A stretch of 64,000 nt of DNA, the filler included, from Octopus bimaculoides (Eukaryota), in the NCBI RefSeq assembly GCF_001194135.2. It is 5 parts of 4 records of this genome, joined end to end, with 100 filler letters (N's around TTAATTAATTAA, not from the genome) between each part and the next. Parts side by side here need not be neighbours in the genome. Positions count along the whole stretch, not along the records: positions 37,255 to 53,239 come from NC_068984.1; positions 53,340 to 62,844 come from NC_068990.1; positions 62,945 to 64,000 come from NC_068983.1; 2 more parts are not named here. One strand, written 5' to 3'. Below the pieces are notes generated by a model. It was not told where the DNA came from. It did no database searches and worked only from the letters and a program-made list of their open reading frames with translations. Both the position numbers and the translations under genes were made by a program. This document shows, piece by piece, positions 52,066 through 63,326 of the stretch (its first letter is position 1; the number at the start of each line of letters is the position of its first letter).

Positions 52066-52512
52066 CGAACGAAAGACATAATAACATATTAAACAACAGT
52101 AGCAACAATAGCATCTCCAAAGATCCAACGATGGAGTCTTTACATGGTCACTGAATGTGCTAGAAATAGCGGTCAAGTTCCCCTCAGATAACATCCTTTG
52201 GATTGAAAAAAAGAAAACTCGAGGAGAATGTAGACCCTTTAACTGTAATTGGAAAAGACGTGATGGATGCGGTTGGGATGTTTTGATTAAATGTTTCTGT
52301 TTCGTAATGACTGATGTGAGATTAAACAACAACAAAACAAAAATATTTTAGTTTATTATGTTCGATCCTATTCCTACCTACACCAAATATAACTGCACTA
52401 CCAATTCTTGTTACTAAATTTACTAAAATCCATGGTGACTATTTCGAACAAATGTTTGAGTCTATTCAAAAGTATGGAAGCCTCACTGAAATATTTCTCA
52501 ATATATTTACAG

Positions 52513-52639
52513 ATCTAACAGTCGTCGAGAAAGGCTAATGCGGCCATTACGGTTATTTAAAACAAAGACATTCTATAAATTATGGTTTATTTTCGTACTT
52601 AATGGACAGGGAATTGCCTTTATGTTAACACTTTGGAAG
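52513..52639 (+). CDS. MFS transporter exon (about TM7)
   Basis: Acceptor tatatttacag|, donor AAG|gtaagt. 127 nt, phase 2 to 0. (K)SNSRRERLMRPLRLFKTKTFYKLWFIFVLNGQGIAFMLTLWK matches the P...LK...FY.LW..F..NG motif that starts the MFS C-terminal half. Confidence 0.92.
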
Positions 52640-53239
52640 GTAAGTTTTGTGGTAAAATTTATTTTACTGAACAATGAAAAATACTATTCCTTTCTAATCA
52701 GATTGAAACGGTTTATAACGCTCACTTACATCGTGATATTACGAGTCGAAGGCGGAGTTTTTATGTGGTAGCTTAGCCTGCTAGAAATAGCTGCTAAATT
52801 ACTTGAAAAATGCATTCTTAAAAAAAGGAAACATTAGATAATGCAGTCCTAGGTACACTGAAAAATAACAGACGGGATGGAATACTTTTGGTCAAAGGTT
52901 TGCTTGATCAGGGCTGAGCTGGAGTTAAATGGCTGGTGTTTTGCTTCGTCGGTCGACAGTAATGCAGACAGCAACTTGACCATCTCTGCTGTACCTGGGC
53001 TGTTTCTAGAAACAAATATCTTGTCCCAGATACACTTATCCCTTCTCCACTCATGAATGACTGGCACTCCGACGGTTGCCAAAATGACGGTTTCAGTTGA
53101 TCCAATCAACGGAACAGCCTGTTCGTGAAATTAACGTGCAAGTGGCTGAGCACTATACGGACACGCGTATCCTTAACGTAATTCTCGGGAAGATTCAGGA
53201 TGACACAATGTGACAAGGCTAGCTGTTTGAAATACAGGT

Positions 53240-53339
53240 NNNNNNNNNNNNNNNNNNNNNNNNNNNNNNNNNNNNNNNNNNNNTTAATTAATTAANNNNN
53301 NNNNNNNNNNNNNNNNNNNNNNNNNNNNNNNNNNNNNNN
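53240..53339. other. Artificial scaffold linker N44-TTAATTAATTAA-N44
   Basis: 12-mer at 53284-53295. Confidence 0.95.
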
Positions 53340-53390
<51 letters not shown>

Positions 53391-54439
53391 CATACATACA
53401 TACAGTTACATATATGTGTTTGTGTGTTTGTGTGTGTGTGTGAGTGTGTATGTGCCTATGCACATGTATGAGTGTATATATAAGTTTTCATGAAATATTA
53501 TTTGATTCCACAATTAATTGTATTCAACCCTTCATTAATCTGTAGATTAATTAATCAGCATCTATATCATTACGAGAGTTAAGGTAGATGGAATTTAGTA
53601 CACGATCTTCCGGATGACATTATTTATAGTGAATATGTTGCTCTTCTTTATATTTAATTAAATTTACTGTCGGTTCAATTTTACTTTCTTCTTCTCTACA
53701 TTCTGTTTCAAGTGATACTTTAATTGCTTGAAATTTCATCGCAGAGTTAAAGCTTTCGTTCCTTCTCCCCGTCTTTCTCAGATCTCTCAGATCTCTCAGT
53801 AGTATAATAGTAGTATAATATATCTCAGTAGTCTAATAGTAGTATAATATCCTCGTCTATTATACTACTTTTCTGTTTTACAATAACTTGAAACAGAAAA
53901 CTTATCTGGCCCTGCTTATCAAGAGAAGAAAAATGATGAGGCTTTCAAAGAGGACACTGTTGATATTCGGACCTGTACTACACTCAACCACAACCCTTAA
54001 ATCCGTGGTGATAACTAGACAAGTAACAACTGAGTGGAAAAGACTTTTGTCAACACCTTCCTCTCCAATTCCAAACTTGTACGAATGATTGCATTGCCAT
54101 AAATTAAATATCAGTTATGCAAACTTTCCAGAATATTCTGCCGAAAGCATTCTCCTTTACGTTCAGAATATTTCATAATAGCTGCCAGACTTCATTGCTC
54201 TTATTTACTAATATCCTTACATACAATGCAATGATGAGCATTCAAAAGACTACTCAAATTTCAAGCATGTGAACCTCTAATATCAAGTTATGAGTAGCTA
54301 TGGCAAAGTGTATATCATAGACATAAAAAGCTGGAAGAAATGCTGCTAAGCACTTTGTCCGACGCACCAAAGATTCTGCTAGCACGCATCCTTTTTTTTT
54401 CACTCTGCCTTTCTGCATATAATCACAAGTGGCTGTGCA

Positions 54440-54620
54440 GGCGCAGAAGTGGCTGTGTGGTAAGTAGCTTGCTTCACAGCCACATGGTCCCGGGTTCAGT
54501 CCCACTGCGTGGCACCTTGGGCAAGTGTCTTCTACTATAGCCTCGGCCGACCAAAGCCTAGTGAGTGGATTTGGTAGACGGAAACTAAAAGAATCCCGTC
54601 GTATATATATATATATATAT
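54440..54620 (+). mobile_element. SINE family B head running into (TA)n and a gap
   Basis: Near-identical to 17412-17591. Confidence 0.88.
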
Positions 54621-55639
54621 NNNNNNNNNNNNNNNNNNNNNNNNNNNNNNNNNNNNNNNNNNNNNNNNNNNNNNNNNNNNNNNNNNNNNNNNNNNNNNNN
54701 NNNNNNNNNNNNNNNNNNNNNNNNNNNNNNNNNNNNNNNNNNNNNNNNNNNNNNNNNNNNNNNNNNNNNNNNNNNNNNNNNNNNNNNNNNNNNNNNNNNN
54801 NNNNNNNNNNNNNNNNNNNNNNNNNNNNNNNNNNNNNNNNNNNNNNNNNNNNNNNNNNNNNNNNNNNNNNNNNNNNNNNNNNNNNNNNNNNNNNNNNNNN
54901 NNNNNNNNNNNNNNNNNNNNNNNNNNNNNNNNNNNNNNNNNNNNNNNNNNNNNNNNNNNNNNNNNNNNNNNNNNNNNNNNNNNNNNNNNNNNNNNNNNNN
55001 NNNNNNNNNNNNNNNNNNNNNNNNNNNNNNNNNNNNNNNNNNNNNNNNNNNNNNNNNNNNNNNNNNNNNNNNNNNNNNNNNNNNNNNNNNNNNNNNNNNN
55101 NNNNNNNNNNNNNNNNNNNNNNNNNNNNNNNNNNNNNNNNNNNNNNNNNNNNNNNNNNNNNNNNNNNNNNNNNNNNNNNNNNNNNNNNNNNNNNNNNNNN
55201 NNNNNNNNNNNNNNNNNNNNNNNNNNNNNNNNNNNNNNNNNNNNNNNNNNNNNNNNNNNNNNNNNNNNNNNNNNNNNNNNNNNNNNNNNNNNNNNNNNNN
55301 NNNNNNNNNNNNNNNNNNNNNNNNNNNNNNNNNNNNNNNNNNNNNNNNNNNNNNNNNNNNNNNNNNNNNNNNNNNNNNNNNNNNNNNNNNNNNNNNNNNN
55401 NNNNNNNNNNNNNNNNNNNATTGACCATGAAAGGATGAAAAGTCGACTACCTTAGTCGACCTCGTCGGAGTTTGAACTCAGAACGTAGCGGTAGACGAAA
55501 TACCGCGAAGCATTTCATCCAGCGTGCTAACGATTCTGCCAGCTCGCCGCTTTACTACTACTACTATTACTACTACTACTATTACTACTACTACTACTAC
55601 TAATAATAATGATGATGATGATAATAATAAAAAGCTTAC

Positions 55640-55857
55640 CTTTCTGCATGTTGTGAAGCTGGAACAGTTGTAAGATTCGATCTCGACGTACCAGTTTTTT
55701 CCTTCACTAGCTAAAGTGTATCTGCATGTTCCACCAAAATCATAGTTACTTCCGTCAAATGTTCTATAGCTGTATATACCATAGACGCGACAAGTGGCGA
55801 AACCCACATTCATAATTTTCTTTGTTACTTTATTCAGAGCACTTTGATCAAGGGTGA
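55640..55857 (-). CDS. Exon E: N-terminal part of a von Willebrand factor type D (VWD) domain
   Basis: Acceptor ttttctgctttcag|, donor AAG|gtaagc. 218 nt, phase 1 to 0. ...ATCRVYGIYSYRTFDGSNYDFGGTCRYTLASEGKNWYVEIESYNCSSFTTCRK matches the VWD C..G..Y.TFDG..YDF.G.C.Y.LA motif. Confidence 0.93.
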
Positions 55858-56270
55858 CTGAAAGCAGAAAAGTTAATATACTTACAGTACATAATAAAAT
55901 AATACTGCTCTATGGATTCAGTGTCTTGTTATATTTACTGATAAGCGGCTTAGATATCTGTATTAGTTTTCTTGAAACCAGCAGGCATGTTGGAAATCCT
56001 TTACATACTTCAGATATCATTGATTATATTAAATGCTTTGCCAATTTCTAATATCCTACCACTTTGTCCACTGCTTTTAATATCTACGTAAAGATTTTTA
56101 GATCCGTGCCATAAGTATTCTTTATTCTTTATATATAAATAAGAATCTACACACACACACACACATACACACACACACACAGACACACACACACACACAC
56201 ACACATGTATATATGTATATATATATATGTGTGTGTATATATGTATATATACAAATTAAAAAGTTATACA

Positions 56271-56328
<58 letters not shown>

Positions 56329-56899
56329 GATTGTTTGAAGTGATGTACAGATTTTGAATATTAAGAAAAAGGAGGTAGTAAGAATTTTGGATATTGGCAC
56401 TTTCGTCCCCTTCATGGAAACTGTTCAGATAAGTTTTGCAAAAAATTTCTTTGCCTTTTACGCAAATCGAAAAGAGGCTTGCAGTTTATGGTGTTCATAA
56501 AGTATATCCGCGTTAAGTAGGATATGAAGTTTGCTATTCGGTATAGATACTACTTCTGTCGCTAATAACTAATTTTAGACATTTACGTGTTGAAGTAAAA
56601 GTGAATTTTATTTCAACAGATAAAATAACTATTTTACTTTTGGAAGAATAGTTCTTCAAATATCAGTTTAAATTCTTTCTGATGTAAGCTAAAGAGTCGA
56701 TGCGCATGTCTGCATATACTAAACGCGCATATAGTTGTTTAAAGTAAAATCTTTATGAGAACACTAGCAGTACTAACACACTGTAACCAAGATAAAACCT
56801 CTAGAAAGGCATGTTAGTCGATTATTGCCATCTGATTAGTTGATAAAAGCTAACAAATAATTTGAATGTATTACTTATTTATATTTTACATCAAATTAC

Positions 56900-57073
56900 C
56901 ATTTTCTGATTGAGGACACACGTCGCACGAACGTGACGAACCCCAACTGTTACCACGGGTCCCATTTCCGAAACAACAGTCTTTTGCTTGCATCAAACGA
57001 TTTTCCATGTTTCTCGGGTTTTCACCGTAGCACTTTTTCCCTTTGTAGCAGTATTTCATTTCAGCGGTCACAG
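56900..57073 (-). CDS. Exon D: TB (TGF-beta-binding/8-Cys)-like module with 6 Cys
   Basis: Acceptor cttttctttctttttag|, donor G|gtaatt. 174 nt, phase 1-1. (S)VTAEMKYCYKGKKCYGENPRNMENRLMQAKDCCFGNGTRGNSWGSSRSCDVCPQSEN has the C..C..CC..GxSWG..CxxCP pattern. Confidence 0.85.
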
Positions 57074-57838
57074 CTAAAAAGAAAGAAAAGAAAAAAAAAT
57101 CATGTAATTTTGATGAATGTATTGATATTCACATTACTGCATTTTCTGTTATCTCATTAAACGTATTATTAACTACTGGTTCTAACATACGATCGTTCCT
57201 TTTATGAACACATTAATGGTTTTATTATGCCATCATCATCCGAATCGTATTGGTCTTTCGCTAGCTGAAAAATCTCATCTGCACATACTATGGCTACAGA
57301 TGATGTCAGTCGTGTGCTAACTGAACTGGTTGATCCTGATTGTTGATAATTTATTGTCTCTTTATACGTGCAACATCTAGTGATATTCGCCGTTGGATCA
57401 ATAAGTTCATCCGCTGAAATAATTCACATCCATCATGCAACGTACCCCGGCTAAGGTACCCTGACAGGTGGATCAAAGTAGACCTGGAAACAATATTGGC
57501 TAATATTGGCTGTTTTATTGTTAGGAGAAATATGAACAGTGACAATGGAATAACATGGCATTGAAGAACGCGCAGTGGCACAATAATTTACTCGGAACAA
57601 AGGCTTACTTTTCGTTTGAGTTAAAGATTTCATCAAACTAAAATTCTGTTCCGTCGCCCGGTTTAATATCACCACCTGGCCCTAGGACACCTTTAAGTGA
57701 ATTCCCTCGATTGAAAGCATTCGACCTAGGTGACATTTCTGAGGATAATTGCCTTCCTCAAATTACAGAGGCCTTAAAAAGAGCTTATAGATATCACCTT
57801 CCCTGATATAAGTCCACAATAAAAGAAGACATACTTAC

Positions 57839-57943
57839 ATTTGAGGATTTCACCGCATCTGTATCCACTATAGCCCTTAAGGCAACTACATACATCTGGT
57901 CTGACGCAAGAGCCGCCGTTCTTACATGCAGGGTTGCAGACGG
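57839..57943 (-). CDS. Exon C: EGF-like domain
   Basis: Acceptor cttatcttttatacag|, donor T|gtaagt. 105 nt, phase 1-1. (P)VCNPACKNGGSCVRPDVCSCLKGYSGYRCGEILK has the six-Cys EGF pattern. Not shown in the ORF track. Confidence 0.93.
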
Positions 57944-58563
57944 CTGTATAAAAGATAAGCGAAGAAAATGAATGAAAGCCTTGCTTAAAAACAAATCCTC
58001 ATCGGGGGCGGCCGATGTAACTGTGTGACTTTTATTCATTTCTTACAGGCAATGCATGTGCAATGGAATGGTATCATTCAACTGAAAATTAACAATGGAA
58101 CGTGAAACCGACTATAAGGGCCTGCTGATTTCTTAGTGTCGATTTGTTAGGCATAGCACTAACATTACATATTCATAGGAGAGGGTAACGGTTTGTGGTA
58201 TTCAATATTTTCTTGGTGTTATCAGTGGCGTAGATAAAAATAAAAATGTCTGCCAGTAGAAGTAGAATCAAGCACGTCGATTAGATTTCTCTAGGAACTT
58301 ATCTATTCTTTAATGTTACTCGAAAAAACCGCAAGTGAATGATATTTGGAATGGAGATGTGATATTCATTCGGATAAGAAGAGTGAGAGATTTAGATAGA
58401 GACAGAGAGGGAGAGAGAGAAAGAGAGTAAACGTGAGAGAGGACGAGGGATGGGTATACAAAGAGAGGTGAAAACTACATGCAAACTAATCGTTACCAGT
58501 TCTGACTAGTCGTACCTATGATCAAAGGTGTTACAGTAATATGCTTCCTCTCTTTTTCAACAC

Positions 58564-58943
58564 GAGGCGCAATGGCCTAGTGGTTAGGGCAGCGGACTCG
58601 CAGTCATAGGATCGCGGTTTCGATTCCCAGACCGGGCGTTGTGAGTGTTTATTGAGCGAAAACACCTAAAGCTCCACGAGGCTCCGGCAGGGGTTAGTGG
58701 CGAACCTTGCTGTACTCTCTCACCACAACTTTCTCTCACTCTTACTTCCTCTTTCTGTTGTGCCTGTAATTCAAAGGGTCAGCCTTGTCACACTGTATCA
58801 CGCTGAATATCCCCAAGAACTACGTTAAGGGTACACGTGTCTGCGGAGTGCTCAGCCACTTGCACGTTAATTTCACGAGCAGGCTGTTCTGTTGATCGGA
58901 TCAATTGGAACCCTCGGCGTCGTAAGCGACGGAGTGCCAACAA
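58564..58943 (+). mobile_element. Full-length SINE family C copy
   Basis: gaggcgcaatggcctagtggttagggcagcgg...gtaagcgacggagtgccaacaa. Partial copies at 43749-43948 (+), 53062-53239 and 60860-61005 (-). Confidence 0.9.
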
Positions 58944-60030
58944 AGTGTGTGATCTTGTTTCTATTGCTATATGAGCAAGCGACCACATAGAAGTTCTCTC
59001 ATTGGCTTCTGCTTACTGATGTTATTTACACCAGTTCAAGCCCGAGAGAACTGAGGTGTGATCGAATGCTTTCCGGCTGTGACCCTCTCGTCTCTAAAGG
59101 GTATGTAAGACTCCGTTATGAAATACACCTATTTTTTTTTATCTAAGATCGGCAATTAATTTGAGGAAGATTTAAATGATATTAATAGCAAGCCCATTTA
59201 CAGCATAGTGAATCTTTTTTGGCACGCGCCTGTAGACATTGTTTACCGTTTGAATCCGTTGGACCTGGAAACTGAAATTTCTCGAAGTATTTTTAATAAT
59301 TCATTTTTATCTTAGGCACTTTCCACCAAGATTATTGGTGAAATTGAAAAGAAGCTGAACCGTATGCAAATCAGGATCACAAACTCCACATATCAAGAAA
59401 TTTACATCGTGTGCAATGCGCCTGATCCATCAAATTAATATAAATTAGACTGTGTGATAATCATGGCTTTACTAAAAGCATTAAAAGAGCAAAGACTATG
59501 AAGTAGCTCCAATAACCAAGCGAAGCCCTTGTCATAGATTCATCTGTAATGAGATGGCCTCATAATGGAGCAAACGTTTAACCACCAGGACAATCGAAAA
59601 CTCTCACCTTGTCCTCAAGACCAAAAAACCAAAATAACTAATGGTCCTTTTTACTTCATCCAGTAGAGCCACCCCGTTGTCACGAGTCAGTGAAGACGTG
59701 GATAGCTAAGAGAGGTAGCAAACTGTCGGAGACAGTGCAAGGTGTAGTAAAAGAAACTCCCCTCCCCAAGAGAAAAATTGAGTTTTAAGAAAAGTATTCA
59801 GAACAGGTAAACGAAAGGTCTACATTTCTCTTGGACAAATCAAGACAGAAATACCCAAGTGCTGCTCGAAAGTCATGAACTTTACACTACTAAAACATCT
59901 GACCTGGACTTCGTTGACTTTCTAAACGAACTTCGGAAATGAAACTGAAACAAGTATATACTAGTTTCTAAAGAAATGAGGGTTGCGTACAGAGAAAACT
60001 CAAATCGTAGACTGCTTGTGAAAACCGTAC

Positions 60031-60777
60031 CAACACTGAGACCATCGCTTTCCCTTCAGATGAATCGACCTTGGCCTTCTTTGGAGCAGGTGAGAAAGGA
60101 TGTTTCCACTGCATGGATTGTCTCTTTATCTCTGGCTCAAAATGACGAGCCTAACACTCACCTCGGGTTAAGAAACGCTCAAGAAAACCAGTTGCATTTG
60201 CCTCAAACAATGTCAGATTTTCCCGTGATGTGATCAGCCTGGTGTGATCAAGTGTCTGAAGACTTGGTACCTATCGAGCAGAAACCTTCGTCACGCTAAG
60301 TTCATTGTATAGAATATTGTCAACTCTCTCACGATCCATGTTAATAGCATTGGCTGTTTGAGTTATAGTCAATCGCCTATCATGCATCAGTATGTGGTGA
60401 ACACGATCAACGTTGTCTTCGGTGGTAGCAGTTGCAGCTCGTCTAGACCTCAGGTCATCTTCAAAACTCTCCCTTCCCTTGCTAAATTCAGTTCTCCACT
60501 TTTGCACTGTTGATAAAGCTGGAGCGTCATTCGCTAATGTAGCAACCATGTCAGCATTAATGTCTTTGGGAGCTAAACTCCTTTGCTGTAGGTACTTGAT
60601 AACATCACGGGGCCAAATGTCCATTTTCAAGAGAAGTCGCTGCTAGTTACTTTTGAAGTCTTGTTTGAATAGGGAAATGTTCATTTGCTTAGAAAAAAAC
60701 AGTGTAGTTATTAATAAAAAGAGTCGAAATTGATCACTCCTGCACACTCAGACTTTGAACTTTTCAACACACCCTCG
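60031..60777 (-). mobile_element. 5' part of a mariner (Mos1/SETMAR-like) transposon, truncated
   Basis: TA-flanked TIR CGAGGGTGTGTTGAAAAG at 60777. Translation DVIKYLQ...LSTVQKW..EF.KGRES.EDD.RS...KVSAR*VP...FLT..EC*..HFEPE.KRQSMQWKH..SP.PKKAK contains in-frame stops. Confidence 0.9.
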
Positions 60778-62219
60778 TATTTCTTTCGTTTTCTGCTTAC
60801 ATTACCAACTACAAGGAAATATGGAAAATGAATGGTCTCGTCCGGCTCTCCAGTTATGAAGACAAATGTTCTAGTTGATCCGATGAACGGAACAAACTGC
60901 TCGTGAAATTAACGTGCAAGTGGTTGAGCGAACCCGTAACATAGTTCTCAAGGAGATTCAGTGTGACACAGTGTGACTTGCCTAGCCTTCTGAATTACAG
61001 GTACTGGATGAATTAGTTAGCAGAGAAAAGGATGACGTGGAGAAAATATGTGACCAAATCAAATATGTGTTTACATGGGACACTATATTGCAACTTAAGG
61101 AAGGGGTTTTCAATTGCTGTCAAAGGGTCAATTTAAGGAGACCCTAGCCATTGGTTGTGTTAGTATACACTCAACTGACTGAGCCAAGTCATGTAGTGAT
61201 ATGTACATGACTTGGCTCTATATGTAGTGTATGGCATGAAGTGTATACATCTACATGTAGTGTATCGCATTTAAGGCTTTTTAAAGCATGAGTAAAACGT
61301 AGTTAGTGTGAATCAATGTATATGTATTAGTGTAACACAAGGGTAACAGTCGATAGCATTCGCAGTGATATTGGCCTCTGGCTCGATGTTTTGTTTCAAG
61401 CACAATAAAGGGGGTTGGCATGTGTACAAGAAACGTGGAATACGTAATCGGAAAATATCAACCTATATTATTAAGATTTGCAAGTTTTTTTATGACCCAC
61501 AAAGAGCGCAAGGGTGTTCCTGAATTTCTCCCCTTGTATTTATGGACATCCTATAGAAAACTGGCGGTGCAAAGCAGGGTAACCTTGTACCGCCAACTGC
61601 ATTCACTTTCTTTTCGGGATCTATAAATAGTTATCAGGGGAAAGGTTTGCCATGTAGACACAGCGATATAAACAAGAGTGCTTATATGGATCAAGAGCCC
61701 ATATGAAAGGTTTTCTCATGGTAACTATCGCAGTATTTTGTGTTCTAACACTACATTCACTTTGAAGTGGGAATAAATATTACCTGATGTACATATTTGA
61801 TTTGTTTTTTAAAATTAGATTTATTAAAACTATTTTAAAATTACACACATTTTCTCAGATGAAGTCATGCTTAATATTAAGTAACAGCAAAAGTAGAGAG
61901 TATAAGGAGAGGAGTCAAATGTATATTATGTAAAAGTAGAAGACAGTATAACAAAAAGTGACAAATTGTGATATTTTCTATATACACTACTTTTGCATGG
62001 GAATAAAGGGTAAATAGCAAAACGTCAAGATGAAGAACTAAATGTTCAAGCAGCGGTTGAAAAATCAGTTAGGTGCCCCTGCAGGCTTCAATTTCAGTTA
62101 TAGACAATACTTAGAGGAGCATTTAAGTGTTAACATCGCCAGGAATGTATCTCTAGCGAATTCAAAGAGCAAGTATTGGAGAGGAGGAATCAAGAATAGA
62201 AAGAATATGGAAGACTTAC

Positions 62220-62281
62220 GTATAAGACACTTGACTCCGGACCAGCCACTGCAGCAGCCATTTGATTCGCCAACAGTTCGT
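62220..62281 (-). CDS. Exon B: end of EMI-like domain
   Basis: Acceptor ttttcttacttttatag|, donor C|gtaagt. 62 nt, phase 2 to 1. RTVGESNGCCSGWSGVKCLI(P) carries the CCxGW..C signature that ends EMI domains. Confidence 0.88.
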
Positions 62282-62763
62282 CTATAAAAGTAAGAAAAGA
62301 TAGAAAAATAAAGGTATATAAGATGATTCTTTCTAATTTTAGCACTAGTCCAGCAACTTTCAGGGGAAGTGGGTAAGGCGATTATATCGAAAGGATAAAA
62401 GGCAAAGTTGGCCTTGGTGGTATTTGACCTCAGAACGTAAATAGTCGGATGAGGTGCTGCTAAGCATTTTGTCCGGAGTGATGACAAACAGCCAGCTCTT
62501 CGCCTTAAAGGTATATAAGATACTGATGTTTCACATGGCAAACTATTTTAATATACTTCACAACAATTTGCGTTCAAATTCCACCGAGGTCGACTTTGTC
62601 TTTCATCCTTTCGGGGTCGATAAATTAAGTACCAGTTGCGTACTAGGGTCAATCTAATCGACTGGTCCCCACCCCCAAAATTTAGGGCCTTGTGCCTAGA
62701 GTAGAAAAGAATAAATTATATATTTTAAGGTGGCAAGCTGGCAGAAACGTTAGCATGCCGGAC

Positions 62764-62844
62764 GAAATGCTTAGCACGCCGGTCGAAATGCTTAGCACGC
62801 CGGTCGAAATGCTTAGCACGCCGGTCGAAATGCTTAGCACGCCG
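62764..62844 (+). repeat. 21-bp tandem repeat GAAATGCTTAGCACGCCGGTC (3 full copies plus 18 nt) derived from the SINE A head
   Basis: Perfect copies start at 62764, 62785, 62806 and 62827, and run into the gap. Confidence 0.95.
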
Positions 62845-62944
62845 NNNNNNNNNNNNNNNNNNNNNNNNNNNNNNNNNNNNNNNNNNNNTTAATTAATTAA
62901 NNNNNNNNNNNNNNNNNNNNNNNNNNNNNNNNNNNNNNNNNNNN
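62845..62944. other. Artificial scaffold linker N44-TTAATTAATTAA-N44
   Basis: 12-mer at 62889-62900. Confidence 0.95.
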
Positions 62945-62990
<46 letters not shown>

Positions 62991-63219
62991 CTGAACATTT
63001 GTGTAGATGACCATCATTAGGAATAAACATTTCAAATGCTCCACTTTACCTTCAAACATTCAATTTTAGGGGGGATTCCTTGCTGAAGTGTGTGTATGGG
63101 TGTGCATGTTACCGTGTATGTGTGTGTGTGTGTATGTGTGTGGTTGGGAATATGTAACTTTGATCAAGCCTCTTCCAATAGCATGATTTTTCGTTAGAGA
63201 TCATTAGTATAACACTTAC

Positions 63220-63326
63220 AAAACGTACTCTCTTTGCTTTTCTTTCAAACATTCTACTCTGGAGACAATATTTTGATATAATGTAGTTCCATTGCTTTTC
63301 TGTATCGCGGATCGTCCCGTGCATAT
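63220..63326 (-). CDS. Exon A of EMI-EGF-TB-VWD (SCO-spondin/hemolectin-like) gene: first part of EMI-like domain
   Basis: Acceptor tttcccttctacag|, donor TTTT|gtaagt. 107 nt, phase 0 to 2. Reads ICTGRSAIQKSNGTTLYQNIVSRVECLKEKQREYV(L), and TT+A joins in frame to exon B. This is a different frame from the ORF-track entry 63109..63456. Confidence 0.75.

Noticed and set aside
53888-54088. Coding-looking segment tested as the next MFS or VWD exon
   Set aside because: No frame on either strand resembles MFS TM8 or the VWD continuation.
59234-59470. Candidate 18-nt minus-strand microexon (GPTDSN, G|gtaaac) and a plus-strand AG|GCA.. reading frame
   Set aside because: Exon B already splices in frame to exon C (C+CC = Pro, giving KCLIPVCNP), and the plus frame is not MFS-like.
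62764-62844. Short tandem units considered as a CRISPR-like array
   Set aside because: There are no spacers, the units derive from a SINE, and the context is eukaryotic.
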